Positions 18,001 to 20,000 of a stretch of DNA of 20,000 nt are shown in pieces. This DNA comes from an uncultured virus (IMG/VR IMGVR_UViG_3300025141_016052). Taxonomy: Duplodnaviria; Heunggongvirae; Uroviricota; Caudoviricetes. The stretch's first letter is position 1. Every line of letters starts with the position of its first letter. The notes under the pieces were generated by a model that saw only the letters and a program-made list of their open reading frames with translations, was not told the origin of the DNA and did not search any database. The stretch is taken from the IMG/VR virus record IMGVR_UViG_3300025141_016052, one strand, 5' to 3'. Both the position numbers and the translations under genes were made by a program.

Positions 18001-18150
18001 ATTGCTGCATGCAATAGGCTCTTAGACTCTATGAGAAAGTGGTTTAAAAATATAATAATAATTTCTCATGTTGATGGAGTCAAAGACGTTGTTGACAATA
18101 TTTTAGACATATCTTCATGTGGAAAAGATGCAAAGCTCACGTACAACTAA
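15013..18150 (+). CDS. Fused Mre11/SbcD nuclease - Rad50/SbcC SMC-like ATPase (T4 gp47-gp46 equivalent), 1045 aa
   Basis: Metallophosphoesterase motifs HIADVH, GGDIVH, GNHD, LYHG and GDIHK, followed by Walker A GKNRQGKSS (16213-16239), Q-loop LASQGE, a long coiled coil with central Cys pair, signature LGSGME, Walker B/D-loop FIIDEGFGTLD and H-loop IISH, all in one stop-free frame. Confidence 0.95.
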   Translation: MRIIHIADVHWRGLSRHDEYRQSFSAFIEKAKSLNPDVIYIGGDIVHSKTQGISPELIDCLTWWFLELSKICHIHVILGNHDGLLNNKHRQDAISPILSALDSNRVHLYKESGVYPTGVSGFNWCVFSCFDEEGWHDVSPIDGDINIALYHGGVWGSKTDIDWEIEGEVDLEFFSDYDFALLGDIHKTQFLNDSKTVAYCGSSIQQNYGEDPGKGFLFWDIRGKDDFDVSFHEIPHSKPFITIDWLGNVSSTLSSTGSMPDGSRFRIRSDRKIHQSDIITLYSRLKDSKNAEEIVFKIDHEVDPGIIETDGEVFSKKNLRDFSVHQRLMRNYYENTEISSKTWEKIEENISRYISSISKRESVTRNTRWSINKLMFDNTFGYGKENVLNFDKLGGITGIFGKNRQGKSSIIGSLMYCLYNTTDRGGIKNIHIINTRKKHCKSKVKISVNGAYYMIERATVKHQARKGHVYATTGLNIFKIDENENVIEDMSGEQRRDTEKIVQSLIGTSEDFLLTSLASQGEMNSFIKEKATSRKNILNKFLDLEIFDQMFTMAKDESSEIRLRARNLPRVDWDTEIERQSLEIKEKRGKIDKIEILLNKLRSQHQELRIQLATSPEKDVVTKQDVKDQKKLISSILKSLSRLEKDLKELTLLSEESGEKIRKIELVKSQFPLSQIKDSLIELRNTKTDLLKLEHELDRQKTVLKNQEKSIKKLEGIPCGDSFPTCKFIKDSHKNKGKVEDQRQLISVLYSQARDARKRIKSMENQELEKKIKRYDGLINKESNLRAAISSTSIRIHECSSELSQLQKKLESARDELTNMEIHVIDDTENSATIKLKKKISEILEKITQTDARRLSLVEQIGKCEMKLSNLQSEKEDSDKLSKELEVYDLIMQAVSKKGIPRLIMRSQLPHINNEIAKILQGVMGFTVELEADVDTNSMDVLINYGDSKRIIELGSGMEKMISSLAIRVALINVSSLPKPDVFIIDEGFGTLDENNIAACNRLLDSMRKWFKNIIIISHVDGVKDVVDNILDISSCGKDAKLTYN

Positions 18151-18436
18151 AATATCTAAAGATGAAATTAGAATAGATCACAAGTTAGGATTTACAATTA
18201 TTAAACCTTCTAATCGACTTGTTACAATTCCTTTATTCTGTGATGTGTGTTCACTTGCAATGAGCGGCGAATTAGATACAGCTTATTATGAAAAGTATTC
18301 ATGCTGCTCATCTTGCGGCATGAAGTGGGCTGATATAAATCAGTCAAAATGGCAATCAGGGTGGAGGCCCAAAAGAGAAGAAATAAAGAAAGAGATAGAT
18401 AGAAGACAATCTCTTCCTGTTTCTTTCTCACTTTAG
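18128..18436 (+). CDS. Small Cys-rich putative zinc-finger protein
   Basis: FCDVC-x17-CCSSC followed by KW...KWQSGWRP. ATG 18128 (GGA upstream) is preferred over the GTG at 18119. Overlaps the end of the upstream gene. Confidence 0.65.
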   Translation: MQSSRTTKISKDEIRIDHKLGFTIIKPSNRLVTIPLFCDVCSLAMSGELDTAYYEKYSCCSSCGMKWADINQSKWQSGWRPKREEIKKEIDRRQSLPVSFSL

Positions 18437-18468
18437 AAAATATATAGAGTAAGAGGTATTTTTTTATT

Positions 18469-18849
18469 ATGCTAAATTTTCATGAAGTCAATATTCTAGG
18501 CAATATTTGTGACACATCTGTCGGAAGATCATCGACTGTAAATTCTCCAACAATGTCCATAAAGACGTCTCTTCAAAATGATAAATTCTCTGTTACATAC
18601 ATGACTATTGTAAATCTAGGGTCTGTATATGAGACGAGAAAACTTGCAGAAAGATATGCAGAAGAGTCAATTAAGTTAATCAATGACTATATGAAGAATG
18701 TCAAAAAGCAATTTAAAGGAGAGGCGGGAAGAGCACTAAAGGTAAAAGAGCTAAATACTAGAGATGTTGTAGACGTAATTACAGCATCAGCCTTTTCACC
18801 AAGAAGAAATGCGTACTATAAGAGAATAACGACGTTTAGTGTGGAATAA
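18469..18849 (+). CDS. Hypothetical protein (126 aa) translationally coupled to the large terminase
   Basis: SD AGAGGT at 18452-18457. The TAA stop overlaps the terminase ATG (TAATG 18847-18851). No recognised motif. Confidence 0.7.
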   Translation: MLNFHEVNILGNICDTSVGRSSTVNSPTMSIKTSLQNDKFSVTYMTIVNLGSVYETRKLAERYAEESIKLINDYMKNVKKQFKGEAGRALKVKELNTRDVVDVITASAFSPRRNAYYKRITTFSVE

Positions 18850-20000
18850 TGGCGTCAGTTAATAAATCACGCCAGGTAAAAGAGATAATTAAGTGCGGAA
18901 AAGATCCTGTTTACTTTTTTAACAAATATACCAGAATCCAGCACCCCGTAAGAGGTCTAATTCCCTTTGACACTTACCCGTTTCAGGATGAGTGTGTTGA
19001 TGACTTTATAGACAATAGGTTTTCAATAATTGTTAAATCTAGACAGTTAGGTCTGTCTACGCTTACTGCTGCATATGCCACGTGGTTGGCAATATTTCAA
19101 AAAGATAAGAACATTCTTATTATCGCTACTAAGCTAAGCGTCGCTCAGAACTTTATTAAAAAAGTTAAGACAATATTAAGAAATCTTCCGCAGTGGCTTA
19201 TTCTCCCACAGATAGTGACTAACAATAAACAGCTCTTAGAGTTCAGTCACGGATCTTCAATTAAAGCAATTCCAACATCTGAAGATGCAGGTAGGTCTGA
19301 AGCGCTATCATTACTAATTGTTGATGAGGCAGCATTTGTTAGAAATTTTGATGAACTCTGGATGGGACTGTACCCTACAATTTCAACAGGAGGTCGAGTA
19401 ATTATACTGTCCACACCAAATGGTGTAGGTGGGCAATATCACGAATTATTCACTAATGCTGAAGCAGGATTAAATGAATTTAAAGCAATAAGACTTCCAT
19501 GGGATGTGCATCCTGAAAGAGATCAGGAATGGTTTGACAAAGAAACCAGAAACTTCTCCGCTAGAAAGGTTGCCCAAGAGTATCTTTGTGATTTTGCATC
19601 TTCTGGTGATACATTTCTTACAGACGAAGATCTAAAATACCTTCATGCACAAATAAGAAGTCCGATAGACAGGGGTGGACGAGACATGAGTGTCTGGATC
19701 TGGAAGTACCCGCTGTCAGATCACAGATATGTCCTTTCTGCAGATGTTGCCAGGGGAGACTCTAAGGACTATTCTGCATTTCATATCATAGATGTAGACG
19801 AAGGAGAGGTTGTTGCAGAGTATAAGGGGAAAATACCTCCTGATGATTTTGCAGTTCTTATAAGTGAGTTTGGTCTAAAGTACAACAAGGCACTAGTTTG
19901 TCCAGAAAATAACAGCTATGGATTTGCAACGATTATAAAACTAAAGGATCTAAACTATCCAACACTCTACTATAGAAGAAGAAAGGCAGTTCTAATAGGT
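18849..20000 (+). CDS. terL: Terminase large subunit (T4 gp17-like), 3'-truncated by the window edge
   Basis: Manual translation (384 codons, no stop): MASVNKSRQVKEIIKCGKDPVYFFNKY...PFDTYPFQ (adenine-binding Q motif), Walker A IVKSRQLGLST (19029-19061), GRS, Walker B LLIVDEAAF (19311-19337), coupling motif ILSTPNG, AQEYLCDF, nuclease VLSADVARGDSKDYSAF and CPENNSYG. Confidence 0.96.
   Translation, partial: MASVNKSRQVKEIIKCGKDPVYFFNKYTRIQHPVRGLIPFDTYPFQDECVDDFIDNRFSIIVKSRQLGLSTLTAAYATWLAIFQKDKNILIIATKLSVAQNFIKKVKTILRNLPQWLILPQIVTNNKQLLEFSHGSSIKAIPTSEDAGRSEALSLLIVDEAAFVRNFDELWMGLYPTISTGGRVIILSTPNGVGGQYHELFTNAEAGLNEFKAIRLPWDVHPERDQEWFDKETRNFSARKVAQEYLCDFASSGDTFLTDEDLKYLHAQIRSPIDRGGRDMSVWIWKYPLSDHRYVLSADVARGDSKDYSAFHIIDVDEGEVVAEYKGKIPPDDFAVLISEFGLKYNKALVCPENNSYGFATIIKLKDLNYPTLYYRRRKAVLIG

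Noticed and set aside
1351..18431. Minus-strand and nested alternative-frame ORFs in the track (e.g. 1351-1749, 10194-10520, 13886-14200, 16656-16892, 17400-17651)
   Set aside because: All lie wholly within longer + strand genes with coherent motifs, and show no recognisable domains; they are typical shadow ORFs.
15013..20000. Giant eukaryotic virus origin suggested by the Mre11-Rad50 fusion
   Set aside because: The T4 gp17-like terminase, DnaG-type primase, SD sequences and overlapping operonic genes indicate a tailed phage.
18849..20000. Intein or intron in terL (a common insertion target in large phages)
   Set aside because: ATPase and nuclease motifs are contiguous with normal spacing over the visible 384 codons; the unseen 3' end cannot be assessed.
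1..20000. CRISPR arrays, tRNAs, structured ncRNAs, tandem DNA repeats, DGR template/variable repeats, transposases
   Set aside because: The largest intergenic gap is 55 bp and no repeated nucleotide blocks or relevant protein motifs were noticed by eye; a self-dotplot and Infernal scan would be needed for certainty.

Overview
The window is a densely packed, entirely + strand segment of a large tailed dsDNA phage genome (T4-related/jumbo-type myovirus-like by inference) using genetic code 11. Bases 1-12961 hold six probable virion (baseplate/tail-associated) genes: a 5'-truncated Fn3-like protein, a 1648-aa acidic Ser-rich protein, a 680-aa Fn3-like protein, a 234-aa protein, and two paralogous proteins (430 aa, and 997 aa with a LamG-like domain) that share a C-terminal module. 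Bases 12962-20000 form a DNA processing/packaging module: RuvC-like resolvase, T4 gp61-like primase, a small probable head-internal protein, a single-chain Mre11-Rad50 (SbcD-SbcC / gp47-gp46) fusion, a small Zn-finger protein, a hypothetical protein, and a 3'-truncated T4 gp17-like large terminase absent from the supplied ORF track. No RNA genes, CRISPR arrays, introns/inteins or mobile elements were seen. The most notable signals are a roughly 5-fold enrichment of an [ST]-[GA]-S tripeptide restricted to two virion paralogues (candidate modification sequon), an apparently split tail-collar-like domain across adjacent genes, a CX6C zinc hook in the Mre11-Rad50 fusion, a deviant terminase Walker A, and two distinct expression-signal architectures. 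All functional calls come from motif recognition by eye; no searches were run.
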